Source: Planctomycetota bacterium
GTDB taxonomy: Bacteria; Planctomycetota; UBA1135; UBA2386
NCBI GenBank assembly: GCA_965228735.1
Contig: OZ245838.1
Span: 1,568,001 to 1,632,000, forward strand
Length of the DNA: 64,000 bases
Direction: 5' to 3'
Part shown: positions 38,025 to 47,929 of the stretch, piece after piece
Position numbering within the stretch: position 1 is the first letter of the stretch
Layout: the number at the start of each line of letters is the position of its first letter
Made by a program: the position numbers and the translations under genes
Notes under the pieces: model-generated
Databases searched by the model: none
What the model saw: only the letters and a program-made list of their open reading frames with translations
What the model was told of the DNA's origin: nothing

Positions 38025-39143
38025 CTATCGGAGAAGTCGCTCGCGTTGCAGGTACTCGTGGATCACCCGGGCCTGGATCGCGTGGCCGACGTCGTTGGCG
38101 TGCTGATCGCTCGGATGAGCCCAGAGGTCCTGCTCGTCGCCGTCGTAGGCGAGGAACGCGGGCAGCAGGTCGAGCGTGCGAATGTCGTTGTCCGCACAGA
38201 ACGACGTCACCAGCTCGTGCACCGGCCGCAACGGGTAGAGCTCCGGCTCGAGCTGCGACAGCATGGGGAAGACGCAGACGACGAGCGGGACGCCGCGCGG
38301 CCGCAGCGCGTCGCGCAGCGCGAGCAGGCCCTCGCGCGTGCCGCGCCACATCGGACTGTCCTCCTCGATGCGGCTGCGGAAGTCGGTCATGCGCTGCCGC
38401 GCGCGATACTGCCGAACGAGCTGCACCGTGTGATCGAGCGCCAGCGAGACGCCGCCGAGCACCGGCTCGAGCGGGACCGCGCGATACGTCAGCATGCCGA
38501 TCCGGACATCGATGTCGTTGAGGCACAGCCCCACGAGCACGAGATCGGGTTCGAAGTGGATGCCGTTGTCCCGCACCCAGACGTGGTAGCTCGACGGGTC
38601 ACTGCCGGCCGTCGCGAAGCCGGCGTTGATCACCTCCACCGGTCGCGCGAGCTCTTCCCGCAGCCGGGCCTCGAGGACCTGCGGCCAGCTCAGGTCGAGC
38701 CGCACGCCCATGCCATAGGTCATCGAATCGCCGAGCGCGAGGACGCGGTACTCGTTCGGCGCCTTCTGCACGTCGAACTCGAGATCGCGCAGGCCGAGAC
38801 TGTTGGTGTCGATACGCACGCAGCCGTGCTCGTCGAAGTAGTCCCAACGCGGCGCCGGGCGATACCCCCACCGCAGCTTGAGGTTGGCGAGCAGCAGGCC
38901 GTAGGGCGGCTCGGTGAAGCCGTTGTCCGCCGAGAAGTCGCTCGTCGCCATCTTCCCGGAGTAGGCGATCACCTCACCGAGCGGCACCTCGAGCCCGGCG
39001 TCGGTGAAGTAGATCGGATGCGGGGCGACCGGCCGGCCCCGGATCCGGAGCCCGGCTTCGATGAGCAGCACCGGCGCGATGATCCCGAACGCGATCAGAC
39101 CGAGTTTCTTGCCGAACCCGATCCTGCCGCGACGTCGAACCAC
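38025..39143 (-). CDS. Membrane-anchored SGNH/GDSL hydrolase
   Basis: TM helix LLIEAGLR, TNSLGLRD, VLALGDSMTYG, EVINAG, CLND and DQHAN; start approximate. Confidence 0.9.
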   Translation of the reverse strand: MVRRRGRIGFGKKLGLIAFGIIAPVLLIEAGLRIRGRPVAPHPIYFTDAGLEVPLGEVIAYSGKMATSDFSADNGFTEPPYGLLLANLKLRWGYRPAPRWDYFDEHGCVRIDTNSLGLRDLEFDVQKAPNEYRVLALGDSMTYGMGVRLDLSWPQVLEARLREELARPVEVINAGFATAGSDPSSYHVWVRDNGIHFEPDLVLVGLCLNDIDVRIGMLTYRAVPLEPVLGGVSLALDHTVQLVRQYRARQRMTDFRSRIEEDSPMWRGTREGLLALRDALRPRGVPLVVCVFPMLSQLEPELYPLRPVHELVTSFCADNDIRTLDLLPAFLAYDGDEQDLWAHPSDQHANDVGHAIQARVIHEYLQRERLLR

Positions 39144-39225
39144 GAAGGCATCGTGCGCCCGTTCGGTCGCTGCCGCAACCCTGCCGCCGGTCGCGCCGAC
39201 CGGCGCGCCATGGCATAGTCGCGCC

Positions 39226-40473
39226 ATGCCGGCTCACGACCGCCCCGCCGTCCGCCCACTCGACGTGCAGCGCATCGAACACAGCGACGGCCCCGGCATC
39301 GTGCTCGTCGATCGCCTCGGCATCAGCGAACCGTCGTTCATCCCCGAGGACCTGCTCCCGATCGTCGGCCGCTGCACCGGCGAGTGGACGCTCGGCGAGA
39401 TCCGTGAACAGGCCGCACCGCAGTACGGCGGCGAACTCCCCGCCGAGTTCGTGCAACAGGTCGTCGATCAGCTCGAGGATCGCGCGCTCCTGCTCGGCGG
39501 TCGCTTCGAGACCGCGATCGCCGAGCGCGCCGCGCAGTTCATCGCCGAACCCCGCCGGGCGGCCAGCCATGCCGGCTCCGCGGGCTACCCGGCCGACGCG
39601 GCGGCGCTGCGCGCGGCACTGCGCCGGCTCGTGTCGACCGACTGCCTCGCGACCGGGGCGGCGGCCCCCGTGCGCGGCCTCGTGGCGCCGCACATCGATC
39701 TCGCCCGCGGCGAGCGCGGCTACGCCGCGGCCTACGGCCATCTGCTGACCGCGGAACCCGCCGACCTCTACGTGATCTTCGGCACGGGTCATGCCGGACC
39801 GAGCGCTCCCGTGACCGGCCTGTCGCTCGACTGGCAGACGCCGCTGGGCATCGCGGCGACGGACCGCGCGTTCGTCGAGCACGTCCACCGGGCGATCGGC
39901 CCGCCGCGCCCCGGCGACCTGCTGATCCACCGCGCAGAACACAGCATCGAGTTCCAGGTCTTGCTGCTGCAGCACGTGCACGAAGCGCTCGGCATCGCTC
40001 CGCCGCGCGTCGCGGGCTTCCTCTGCGGCGCGCTGCCGTCCGCTACGGGTGACCCGCTCACCGAGGACTACTGCCGTGACATCGTGCAGAGCTTCCGCGC
40101 GGCCGAGGCCGGGTTCGCCGGCACCGTGCGCTACATCGCGGGCGCCGATCTCGCGCACATCGGACCGTTCTTCGGCGATCCGGCCCCCGTGGACGACGCG
40201 CGGCTCGCGCAGCTCGAGACGACGGAACGCGCCCGCCTCGCGCAACTGACGAACGGCAGTCCCGGCCCGTTCCACGCGTCGGTCGACGGCAACGGCAACC
40301 CCGATCGCGTGTGCTCCGCGCCCGCGATCACGCTCACCGCCGAACTCGCGGGCGGCGTTGGCGAGCTGCTGCACTACGGCCAGGCGCGCGCGGCCGACGA
40401 TTCGCAGACGGTGTCGTTCTGCGCGATGACGTTCGCGGGCCCGTCACCCGAGCCCGACACGACGCGGCCCTGA
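39226..40473 (+). CDS. amrB: AmmeMemoRadiSam system protein B (MEMO1 family)
   Basis: HAGSAGYP, VAPHID, IFGTGH, QTPLG, EHSIEFQ and ADLAHIGPFFGD. Confidence 0.9.
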   Translation: MPAHDRPAVRPLDVQRIEHSDGPGIVLVDRLGISEPSFIPEDLLPIVGRCTGEWTLGEIREQAAPQYGGELPAEFVQQVVDQLEDRALLLGGRFETAIAERAAQFIAEPRRAASHAGSAGYPADAAALRAALRRLVSTDCLATGAAAPVRGLVAPHIDLARGERGYAAAYGHLLTAEPADLYVIFGTGHAGPSAPVTGLSLDWQTPLGIAATDRAFVEHVHRAIGPPRPGDLLIHRAEHSIEFQVLLLQHVHEALGIAPPRVAGFLCGALPSATGDPLTEDYCRDIVQSFRAAEAGFAGTVRYIAGADLAHIGPFFGDPAPVDDARLAQLETTERARLAQLTNGSPGPFHASVDGNGNPDRVCSAPAITLTAELAGGVGELLHYGQARAADDSQTVSFCAMTFAGPSPEPDTTRP

Positions 40474-40484
40474 CACTCGCGCCT

Positions 40485-41564
40485 TCAGCCAATCGCTGTG
40501 CGCGCGAGCAGCGCGTCGCCCTCGCGCAGGACTTCGTCGACCGTGATCTGCCGCATGCACTCGTGGTGCCCGAGCGGGCAGATCTTGCGCTGACACGGCG
40601 AACACTCCAGTTCCTTGCGGATGACGATCTGGTGCTCCATGCAATAGCTCGTGTAGTTGGGATCGTTGGGTCCCATGAGGCACACGACCGGCCGATCGAA
40701 CGCGACGGCGAGGTGCCGCGGACCGGTGTCGCCGGTGATCATGAGCGCCGAACGCCTGATGAGCGCGAGCAGCCGATCGAGCCGCAGCACGGGGTCGGTC
40801 ATCGCGATCGCGTCACCCTCGGCCGCGATCTTGTTGCCGAGCTCGACCTCCTTCGGCCCGACGAGCACGAGCGCCCGCATGCCGCGTTCATCCTGCAGCC
40901 GACGCGCCGCGGCGCTGAACCGCTCGGGCATCCACAGCTTGCTCGCGCCGTAGTTGGCGCCGACGGTGAGCAGCACGAGCGGCGTCCCCGGATCGATGGC
41001 CAGCGACCGGAGGTGCTCGTCGACCCAGGCCTCGGCCTCGTCGGTCACGAACAACTCCGGGTGGACACCGCCCGGCGGCAGACCGAGCTCGTCGAGCAGG
41101 TCGTGGTAGTAGTTGGGCATCGGCGTCGGCCAGCGCCGCGGACCCTGGCGCCGCTGGAACCACCGCCGCCGCACGTTCGCCTTGCGCCCGAGATTCATCA
41201 GGCCGGGTCGTCCCTGGCGATAGCCGAGCCGACGCGGGACGCGCGCGAGGAACGGCACGAGCCCGGTCGCGGGGCTGTTGGGCAGGACGACGGCGAGATC
41301 GAACCGCTGCCGCCGCATCGCCGAAACCTGCCGCCACAACGCCGCCGGGCTGCGGAACGACGGCGTGTCCACGACCTCGTCGAACCAGTCGCTGCCGCGC
41401 AGCAGATCGCGCAGGAACGGCCGCATTCCGACCGTGATATGGGCCTTCGGAAAGGCGTCACGCAGTCGGCGGAACGACGCCGTGGCCATCACGAAGTCAC
41501 CGAGCCAATTGGGGGCGCGCACCCAGATTCGGGCTACGGTGTCAGGGTCGAGAGAACGGGCCAT
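40485..41564 (-). CDS. waaF: Lipopolysaccharide heptosyltransferase II (GT9)
   Basis: RAPNWLGDFVM, GANYGASKLW, GDTGPRHLA and C-terminal CSPC..KICPLGHHECM. Confidence 0.88.
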   Translation of the reverse strand: MARSLDPDTVARIWVRAPNWLGDFVMATASFRRLRDAFPKAHITVGMRPFLRDLLRGSDWFDEVVDTPSFRSPAALWRQVSAMRRQRFDLAVVLPNSPATGLVPFLARVPRRLGYRQGRPGLMNLGRKANVRRRWFQRRQGPRRWPTPMPNYYHDLLDELGLPPGGVHPELFVTDEAEAWVDEHLRSLAIDPGTPLVLLTVGANYGASKLWMPERFSAAARRLQDERGMRALVLVGPKEVELGNKIAAEGDAIAMTDPVLRLDRLLALIRRSALMITGDTGPRHLAVAFDRPVVCLMGPNDPNYTSYCMEHQIVIRKELECSPCQRKICPLGHHECMRQITVDEVLREGDALLARTAIG

Positions 41565-41701
41565 CGTGCGGAGGGTGCGTGCCTGGCAGCACCGACTCCG
41601 GATCTTGCGGAACCTCGGGGCACAGGACAATCGTCAAAACGAACCCCACCGTGCTATCGTGCCGGGCCGACTCTCGCCGTCCCCCGGGACCGCCCTCAAC
41701 C

Positions 41702-44700
41702 ATGGCATCACCAGCCACCCTCGATCGTCTCTACGCCGAATTCGACAGCCCGCCGGAAGCGATCCGCGCTGTCATCGACCTGCTGGAGGAGAAGGCATCC
41801 CCCGCCTTCCTCGCCCGCTACCGCCGCTGGGCCATCGGCGCCCTGCCGGAGGACCGCGTGCAGGGGATGGCCGATCGCCTGCACGCGCTCGAAGAGCTCG
41901 AGCAGCGCAAGGCCTCGATCCAGCAGCAGGCGAAGGAACGCGGCAGCTGGACGCCGGAGCTCGAGGCGACCGTGCGCGACTCGGTCGACCAGGACCTCAT
42001 CGACGATCTCTATCAGTCGATGCGGCCGCGCCGGCGCGGCCCGGCGATGCAGATGGAGGAGAAGGGCCTCGGCCCGCTCGCGACCGCGATCCAGCACCGC
42101 CAGCTCGGCGAGCAGACGCTGCAGGACGTCGCGGGTGAGTACATCAACGCCGAGCAGGATCTCGACACCGTCGAGAAGGTGCTCGAGGGCGCGCTGCTGA
42201 TCCTCAGCGACAAGATCTCGCACGACCCGCACACCCGCGCGCGGTGCCGCGACGAGCTCAAGCGCGGCGTCTTGCAGGCCCGCGCCGTCGATCCCTCCAA
42301 GGGCGCGAAGAAGTATCAGGACTTCTTCGACTTCGCCGAGCCGATCCAGCGCATCCCGACGGGCCGCATGCTCGCGCTGCGCCGGGCAGAACGCGAGGGC
42401 ATCCTCAAGCTCACCCTGACGCTGCCCGAAGACCGCCACCGCACGGTTCTTCGCGAGCTTCACTGCCAGGACCTCGAGGACGGCTCGCCCCTGCTCGACT
42501 ACTACAACGTGGTCTTCGATCACGCGTGGCAGGCGTTGCAGGAGACCTGCGGCCGCGACGTTCGTCGCCGCATCAAGGAGAAGGCCGACCGCGAGGCCGT
42601 GCGGACCTACGCCCGCAACCTGCGGTCGCAGCTGCTCGCGCCGCCACTCGGCAGCAAGAAGGTGCTCGCGATCCGCGCGAGCGGCAAGGGCGCCTGGGGC
42701 GTGCTGCTCGGCGAGGACGGCTCCGTCGAGGAGTACAAGACGCTGCCGATGCAGACCGAGGAGCAGCAGCAGGGCGCGATCGAGTGGCTCGCCGAGATCA
42801 TCGAGAAGTCCGCGCCCGCGGCGATCGCGGTCCCCCATGGCCGGCGCCAGGCCGCGACGGAGAAGCTGATCACCAGGCTGCGCGAGAAGGCCGAGAAGCT
42901 GCCGATGATCGTGCCGGTCGACGAAGCCGCGTCGACGATCTTCGCGTCGGGCAACGCCGGCAAGAAGGCCATGCCGGGCGTCGAGGTCGGCGTGCGGACG
43001 ACGATCTCGCTCGGCCGTCGGCTGCAGGACCCGCTCATCGAGCTCGTTCGCATGGACGTGCGCGCGCTCGGCCTCGGCCACGTCGACGACGTGCACCAGG
43101 GCATGCTGCAGCGCGAGCTGTCGCACGCGGTCGCCTCGTGTCTCGCTGCGGTCGGCATCGACCTCAACACCTGCGACAAGGACCTGCTGCAGCAGCTGCC
43201 CGGGCTCTCGCCGGAGCAGGCCACGGCGATCCTCGAGCACCGCAAGAAGAACGGCGGGTTCAAGACGCGCGCCGAACTGCTCCACGTCGACGGCCTCGAC
43301 CCGGTCACGGCGCGCAACATCCTCGGGTTCTTGCGCCTCACCGGCGGTGACGAGCCGCTCGACGAGACCGCGATCCACCCCGACGACTACCCGATCGTGC
43401 GCGCGATCGCGACCAGGCGCGGCGTGGAGCCGCGCGAGCTGCTCGGCAAGAACCTGCGCGACGTCAACGCCAACGAGTTCGTGACGGGCGCAGAGGCGGC
43501 CCCGGCGGCGGCAGGCGACGCGGCGGCAGCTCCGGCGACCGCGACACCGGTAGCCGAAGATGCGGCGACGGAGACCCCGGCGCCGGATACCCCAGCGGCG
43601 GAAACCCCGGCGGCGGAGACCCCAGCGCCGGAAACCCCAGCGGCGGAAACCCCGGCGGCGGAGACCCCGGCGGCGGAGAACCCGGCGACTGAACCCCCAG
43701 CGACGGAGAACCCGGCCAATGACGCAACGGCACCCGAGGTGGCCGCGACCGAGCCGACTCCGGCCGTGGACGCCGCGCCGGAGGCGCCCGCGGCACCGAC
43801 TGCCGCAGCACCAGCGGCGATCACCCCGACGGGCGGCATCACGCGCGACCGCGTGATCGCCGTTCTGCAGCAGCTGCAGCGCGAGGGCAAGGACGCGCGC
43901 GGCCAGCTCGTCGACACGCGCAACGAGGGCCTGCACACGTTCGCCGATCTGCGGCTCGACGCCGAGCTGCGCGGCCGGGTCACGAGCCTGACCGAGTTCG
44001 GCGCGTTCATCGATCTCGGGATCGGTCAGGACGGGCTCGTGCACGTCTCGCAGATCCCACCGCATCGCCTGCGCGACGCCGAGCAGACCCTGCGCGTCGG
44101 CGAGGTCGTCACCGTCTGGGTCGTCAACATCGATCAGGACAAGCAGAAGATCTCGCTGACGATGATGAAGCCGCGGCACGTGCAGGAAGGCCGCAACGCG
44201 ACGATCGGTGAGCGCATGGCGCTGCAGAGCGGTCGTCGGCCCAAGCGCGGCAAGCGCGGGGACGGCGAAGGCGGCGGGCGCGGCCATGACCGCGGCGGTC
44301 GCGATCGCGGCCGTGGCCCACGCGAAGGCGGCGAAGGTCGCGGTCGCGCGCCGGGTGGCCCCGGCGGCCCGCGCCGCGGCGCGCCGCGCGGTCCCGGCGA
44401 CCGGGATCGCCGCGAGGGCGGCTTCGGCGGCGGCGGCTTCGGCGGCGGCGGCTTCGGCGGCGATCGGGGCCGCGGACGCGGGCGCGGACCGCGCGATCGT
44501 GGCCCGCAGCGCCAGCGCGTCTACACCGTCGAACCCGGGCAGCCCGTCGAAGCGACGACCAACAGCAAGGGCGAGGTCACCTCGCTCGGCAATCTCGGCG
44601 CCCTGTTCGGCGGCGGCAGCAGCAAGCCGAAGAAGGACGAGCCCAAGACCAGCGAGCCGCCGGCGGATCCGCCCAAGGCGACAACGCCGGAATCGAGCGC

Positions 44701-44782
44701 TCCGACTGCGAACGCACCGGCGCCGACGACCCCGCCACCGGCGGCCGACGGCGGGGCAACCGCGCCCCCGAGCGACTCCTAG
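41702..44782 (+). CDS. tex: Tex family RNA-binding transcriptional accessory protein, with an Ala/Pro/Glu/Thr insert and an RGG-rich tail
   Basis: FLARYR, RMLALRRAEREG, ISLGRRLQDPL.ELV, GIDLNT, LDETAIHPDDY and S1 domain FGAFIDLG..DGLVHVSQ...KISLTM. Confidence 0.9.
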   Translation: MASPATLDRLYAEFDSPPEAIRAVIDLLEEKASPAFLARYRRWAIGALPEDRVQGMADRLHALEELEQRKASIQQQAKERGSWTPELEATVRDSVDQDLIDDLYQSMRPRRRGPAMQMEEKGLGPLATAIQHRQLGEQTLQDVAGEYINAEQDLDTVEKVLEGALLILSDKISHDPHTRARCRDELKRGVLQARAVDPSKGAKKYQDFFDFAEPIQRIPTGRMLALRRAEREGILKLTLTLPEDRHRTVLRELHCQDLEDGSPLLDYYNVVFDHAWQALQETCGRDVRRRIKEKADREAVRTYARNLRSQLLAPPLGSKKVLAIRASGKGAWGVLLGEDGSVEEYKTLPMQTEEQQQGAIEWLAEIIEKSAPAAIAVPHGRRQAATEKLITRLREKAEKLPMIVPVDEAASTIFASGNAGKKAMPGVEVGVRTTISLGRRLQDPLIELVRMDVRALGLGHVDDVHQGMLQRELSHAVASCLAAVGIDLNTCDKDLLQQLPGLSPEQATAILEHRKKNGGFKTRAELLHVDGLDPVTARNILGFLRLTGGDEPLDETAIHPDDYPIVRAIATRRGVEPRELLGKNLRDVNANEFVTGAEAAPAAAGDAAAAPATATPVAEDAATETPAPDTPAAETPAAETPAPETPAAETPAAETPAAENPATEPPATENPANDATAPEVAATEPTPAVDAAPEAPAAPTAAAPAAITPTGGITRDRVIAVLQQLQREGKDARGQLVDTRNEGLHTFADLRLDAELRGRVTSLTEFGAFIDLGIGQDGLVHVSQIPPHRLRDAEQTLRVGEVVTVWVVNIDQDKQKISLTMMKPRHVQEGRNATIGERMALQSGRRPKRGKRGDGEGGGRGHDRGGRDRGRGPREGGEGRGRAPGGPGGPRRGAPRGPGDRDRREGGFGGGGFGGGGFGGDRGRGRGRGPRDRGPQRQRVYTVEPGQPVEATTNSKGEVTSLGNLGALFGGGSSKPKKDEPKTSEPPADPPKATTPESSAPTANAPAPTTPPPAADGGATAPPSDS
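43565..43715. repeat. Coding 15-bp tandem repeat (AAETP-type, about 10 units) inside tex
   Basis: Repeated gcggcgga(a/g)acccc(a/g) units. Confidence 0.85.
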
Positions 44783-44801
44783 CGCCGAAACCACGACGAT
44801 C

Positions 44802-45512
44802 GTGGCCGACGTCTTCGTCATCGACCGGGCCGCCCTGTTCGGCGGCCAGTGGCCGCACGGCTTCGTCCCGATCGCGCCGGCCGAGGCGCCCGACTTCCTG
44901 CGGGCCGCCCGGGCCGGCCGATTCGAGCCGCGTCCGACGGCCGAATCGACGCCGGCGTGGAAACAGTGGATCCCCTACTGCGTCATCCGCTGTTTCGATC
45001 CGGCGCGCCCGGACCGCTCGCCGACCGGCCGCCCGACCGGTGTCTTCCACGTCCAGCGCACGAGCGGCCAGACCGAAGCCCGCCTGCACGGCTCGCGGTC
45101 GATCGGCCTCGGCGGCCACATCGACCCGGAGGACGTCGAGGGCTCCGCGGCCGACCGCCCGGAGTCGTTCTTCCTCAACGCCTTATGGCGCGAACTCGAG
45201 GAGGAACTGTGGCTGCCGGACAGCGCGCGGGCTTGTGAGCCCCGCCTCGTGGGCCTACTCAACGACGACACCACTCCAGTCGGCGCCGTTCATGCCGGAC
45301 TGGTCTACGTGCTCGACCTGCCGCTGCCGCTGGCGGCCGCGATCGAGTCGGTACAGGTTCGTGAAATCTCGAAGATGCGCGGGGGTTTCGGCCCCCTTGT
45401 CGAGTTGGCGAGGCTTTGGCAAACTCCTAGCCAATTCGAGACTTGGTCAGCCTTCCTGCTTCGCGACGGTGTCGCCGGTCCCATGGGCGATTCGGCCGAA
45501 CGAACTGCCTGA
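44802..45512 (+). CDS. Predicted NUDIX-family phosphoesterase (YmaB/COG4112-like)
   Basis: AESTPAWKQWIPY, EARLHG..SIGLGGHID, RELEEEL and GLLNDD..VGAVH.GLVY. Confidence 0.85.
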   Translation: MADVFVIDRAALFGGQWPHGFVPIAPAEAPDFLRAARAGRFEPRPTAESTPAWKQWIPYCVIRCFDPARPDRSPTGRPTGVFHVQRTSGQTEARLHGSRSIGLGGHIDPEDVEGSAADRPESFFLNALWRELEEELWLPDSARACEPRLVGLLNDDTTPVGAVHAGLVYVLDLPLPLAAAIESVQVREISKMRGGFGPLVELARLWQTPSQFETWSAFLLRDGVAGPMGDSAERTA

Positions 45513-45618
45513 CCAATCCTCGTCCAAGTTCCCGTTCGGGTCACCGACCGGGGGCGCCTCTCAAACCTCAATCCGGGCTCGTGATCCATGCTCACGAGTC
45601 GTCCAGGAGTATCCCCGA

Positions 45619-45840
45619 ATGACCAACCGTAACACCACGCGACCCACCCGCGACGAAGTCTACGACCTGCTGATGAACGCTCGGCAGGCCGACTGGGTCG
45701 AGCTGTCCCTCGAGGACGGCCGCTCGCTCGCAGGCGCGATCATCTTCAACGAGTTCAAGGGCACCGGCCGCCTCATCAACGTCGATGAGGAGTTCTCCTT
45801 CGACTTCAATGTCGATCAGGTCGTCGACGTGAAGATCTGA
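45619..45840 (+). CDS. Small 73-aa protein, possible Sm/LSm-like fold
   Basis: AGGAG RBS, coding-like codon usage; helix followed by WVELSLEDGRSLAGAIIF (Sm1-like) and FNVDQVVDV (Sm2-like). Confidence 0.75.
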   Translation: MTNRNTTRPTRDEVYDLLMNARQADWVELSLEDGRSLAGAIIFNEFKGTGRLINVDEEFSFDFNVDQVVDVKI

Positions 45841-45887
45841 ACCGTGAAGATCCGGACCGTGAAGATCTAGACCGTGAAGATCTAGAG
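45828..45887. repeat. 15-bp tandem repeat, 4 copies, duplicating the gene's last codons
   Basis: cgtgaagatctgaac / cgtgaagatccggac / cgtgaagatctagac / cgtgaagatctagag. Confidence 0.9.
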
Positions 45888-45943
45888 AAGGGCGGCGGAG
45901 TACTCCGTCAGGACGTTCCCCTGCGGAACGAGCCGCCCAGGCG

Positions 45944-45985
45944 ACGGGGCGCGCGGCCAGACACCGCGCGCCCCGTTTCGGTTTT
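45944..45985 (+). terminator. Probable intrinsic terminator
   Basis: acggggcgcgcgg-ccagaca-ccgcgcgccccgt followed by ttcggtttt. Confidence 0.65.
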
Positions 45986-46062
45986 GCTGCATCGCGCCGG
46001 ACCCGGGTCGTGGCGCCGCTGCCGCGCGACGTGGCTGCGGCCCTCGCGCTAACCTCGAAGGC

Positions 46063-47121
46063 ATGAACCCGCTACCGCGACTCGTCGGCATCGCGACGCT
46101 CCTCGGCGCCAGCGTCCTCGCGCAGGATTCCGCGGCCGCGTGGGCGAAGCGGCTCGAGCTGCCGGCGATGCGGGAGCTCGCGAGTGAACGGCTGCTCGCG
46201 CTCGGCGCACCGGCCGTCCAGGCCCTGCGCGATCGTCTGGACGATCCGCGCCCCGAAGTGCTGCGCTCGGCGGCCTACACGCTCGGGTTCTTCGGCGCCG
46301 CCGCGAAGGGCGCGTGCGAGCGCCTGCACGAGCTGCGGGAGCACGACGATCCTGCCGTCGCGCTCGCCGCGAGGAGTGCCGTGAGCGCGATCGAAGGCGG
46401 CCGCGGCTTCGTGTTCGTCGTCGATTTCGGTGGCACCCTCCGCGAGCTCGACGGCGCGGGCGCGCCACGGGTCCAGATCCCCGATCTCGACACTCCGCGC
46501 TCCGGTCAGCGCCTCGGCAACGGCAACTACCTCGTCTCGACCCCGGCCGGGGCGATCGAACTCACGCCCGCGGGGAAGGAAGTCTGGCGTTCCCCCGACA
46601 TCGTCGCGAACGATGCGCAGCGACTGACCAACGGCAACACACTCATCGCCGCGGCCAACGCCGGCCGCGTCTTCGAGGTCGACGCGAACGGCAAGACGGT
46701 GTGGGAGTTCGCCCGAGACGATCGCGAGTTCCGCCCGGTGTCGTGCCAACGGCTCGGGGACGGCCGCACCCTGATCGCGCACTACGCGCTCGAAGACTAC
46801 GATTCGGGCAGCATTCTGGAGGTCGGGCGAAAGGGCGAAACCGCGTGGGCACTACCGTGGCGGATGCCGGCCCGTGCCCGCCGCCTGCCGAACGACCGCA
46901 CCCTCATCGTCAGCCACCGGCCGGGCCGCGTACAGATCGTCGATCGCGCCGGCCGCACCCTGCAGAGCTGGAACGACGTGCGGATCCCGAGCGCGGCCGA
47001 GTATCTGCCGAACGGCCACCTGCTCGTCGGCGGTGAGGGCTACCTGCGCGAACTCGACGCCAGCGGCAAGCGGGTCTGGAACACGAAGCAGAACTGGATC
47101 ATCGATGTGCGACGACAGTGA
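46063..47121 (+). CDS. Secreted HEAT-repeat plus beta-propeller protein
   Basis: Signal peptide; LGAPAVQAL...VLRSAAYTLG (HEAT); repeated RL.NG.TLIA...V.E.D..GK.VW blades. Confidence 0.8.
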   Translation: MNPLPRLVGIATLLGASVLAQDSAAAWAKRLELPAMRELASERLLALGAPAVQALRDRLDDPRPEVLRSAAYTLGFFGAAAKGACERLHELREHDDPAVALAARSAVSAIEGGRGFVFVVDFGGTLRELDGAGAPRVQIPDLDTPRSGQRLGNGNYLVSTPAGAIELTPAGKEVWRSPDIVANDAQRLTNGNTLIAAANAGRVFEVDANGKTVWEFARDDREFRPVSCQRLGDGRTLIAHYALEDYDSGSILEVGRKGETAWALPWRMPARARRLPNDRTLIVSHRPGRVQIVDRAGRTLQSWNDVRIPSAAEYLPNGHLLVGGEGYLRELDASGKRVWNTKQNWIIDVRRQ

Positions 47122-47133
47122 GCCCGCCGTTCG

Positions 47134-47535
47134 TCAGCGCTCGAATCCGATCCGCTCGATCGACCAGGCGTCGGACGCCGGCAGACCAGGAATCGCGCCG
47201 CGCAATCGACCGATGAGTTCGCGCTGAGACACCGACGCGCGCAACAACGCCGGCAGGGTCGGCTCGGCCCCCACCCAGACCGAGCCAATCGCCAGCCGTC
47301 GGCCGTCGACGACCACCATCACCGGGTCCCCGCAGTCATCACCAAGCACAGTCCAGTAGCGCTCGTCGGCCCGCGAGTCGGCCGCGGAGTAGCCCGGGGT
47401 CTCGACAAGAACGGCACCGACCCTGCAGAGGTCGATGGCCTCGTCGACCTCGACACAGCGAGTCACGGAGCAACCCGCTTCACACGCCGCGAGCAGCGAC
47501 AGCCCGATCAGCGGCGACGCTCGCGCAGCAATCAT
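47134..47535 (-). CDS. Hypothetical lipoprotein
   Basis: LIGLSLLAAC lipobox; ATGA-coupled to the upstream ORF. Confidence 0.55.
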   Translation of the reverse strand: MIAARASPLIGLSLLAACEAGCSVTRCVEVDEAIDLCRVGAVLVETPGYSAADSRADERYWTVLGDDCGDPVMVVVDGRRLAIGSVWVGAEPTLPALLRASVSQRELIGRLRGAIPGLPASDAWSIERIGFER

Positions 47536-47912
47536 GGTCGGCCACCACCGCCGAGGAGCAACCCGAGCTCTTTCTCGACCGACGCCTCGACCTTGGCCAG
47601 CGCCGCGGCGCGGGACGGCGCGCGGAAGCCGTTCGGATCGAGGTCATCGCTGAAGTAGTGCCTTCGCTCCAGTAGCACGAACTCATCGCTCCTCGGCAAC
47701 GACCGTTCACCGGTTGCACCGTCCTCCGGGAACCACGGCTGCATGCACATCAGCTCGAGCTGCCACAGTCGTGCGCGGAACCAGCCCGGATCGTCACGGG
47801 CTTCGAAGAGCTCGAGCCGAGTCGGGTACGGTCCGTCATCCGACATCAGGACATCGAACTCGACGACCTCGACGAGGCGGAAGATCGGGCTCTTCACTGC
47901 GGGAAGCTTCAT
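47532..47912 (-). CDS. Hypothetical protein (126 aa)
   Basis: AAGGAG RBS before ATG 47912 (MKLPAVKSPIFRLVEVVEFDV); globular-looking sequence. Confidence 0.7.
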   Translation of the reverse strand: MKLPAVKSPIFRLVEVVEFDVLMSDDGPYPTRLELFEARDDPGWFRARLWQLELMCMQPWFPEDGATGERSLPRSDEFVLLERRHYFSDDLDPNGFRAPSRAAALAKVEASVEKELGLLLGGGGRP

Positions 47913-47929
47913 CGTCGACTTCTCCTTCG

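Noticed and set aside
41708..44821. 1037-aa minus-strand ORF
   Set aside because: Antisense shadow of tex.
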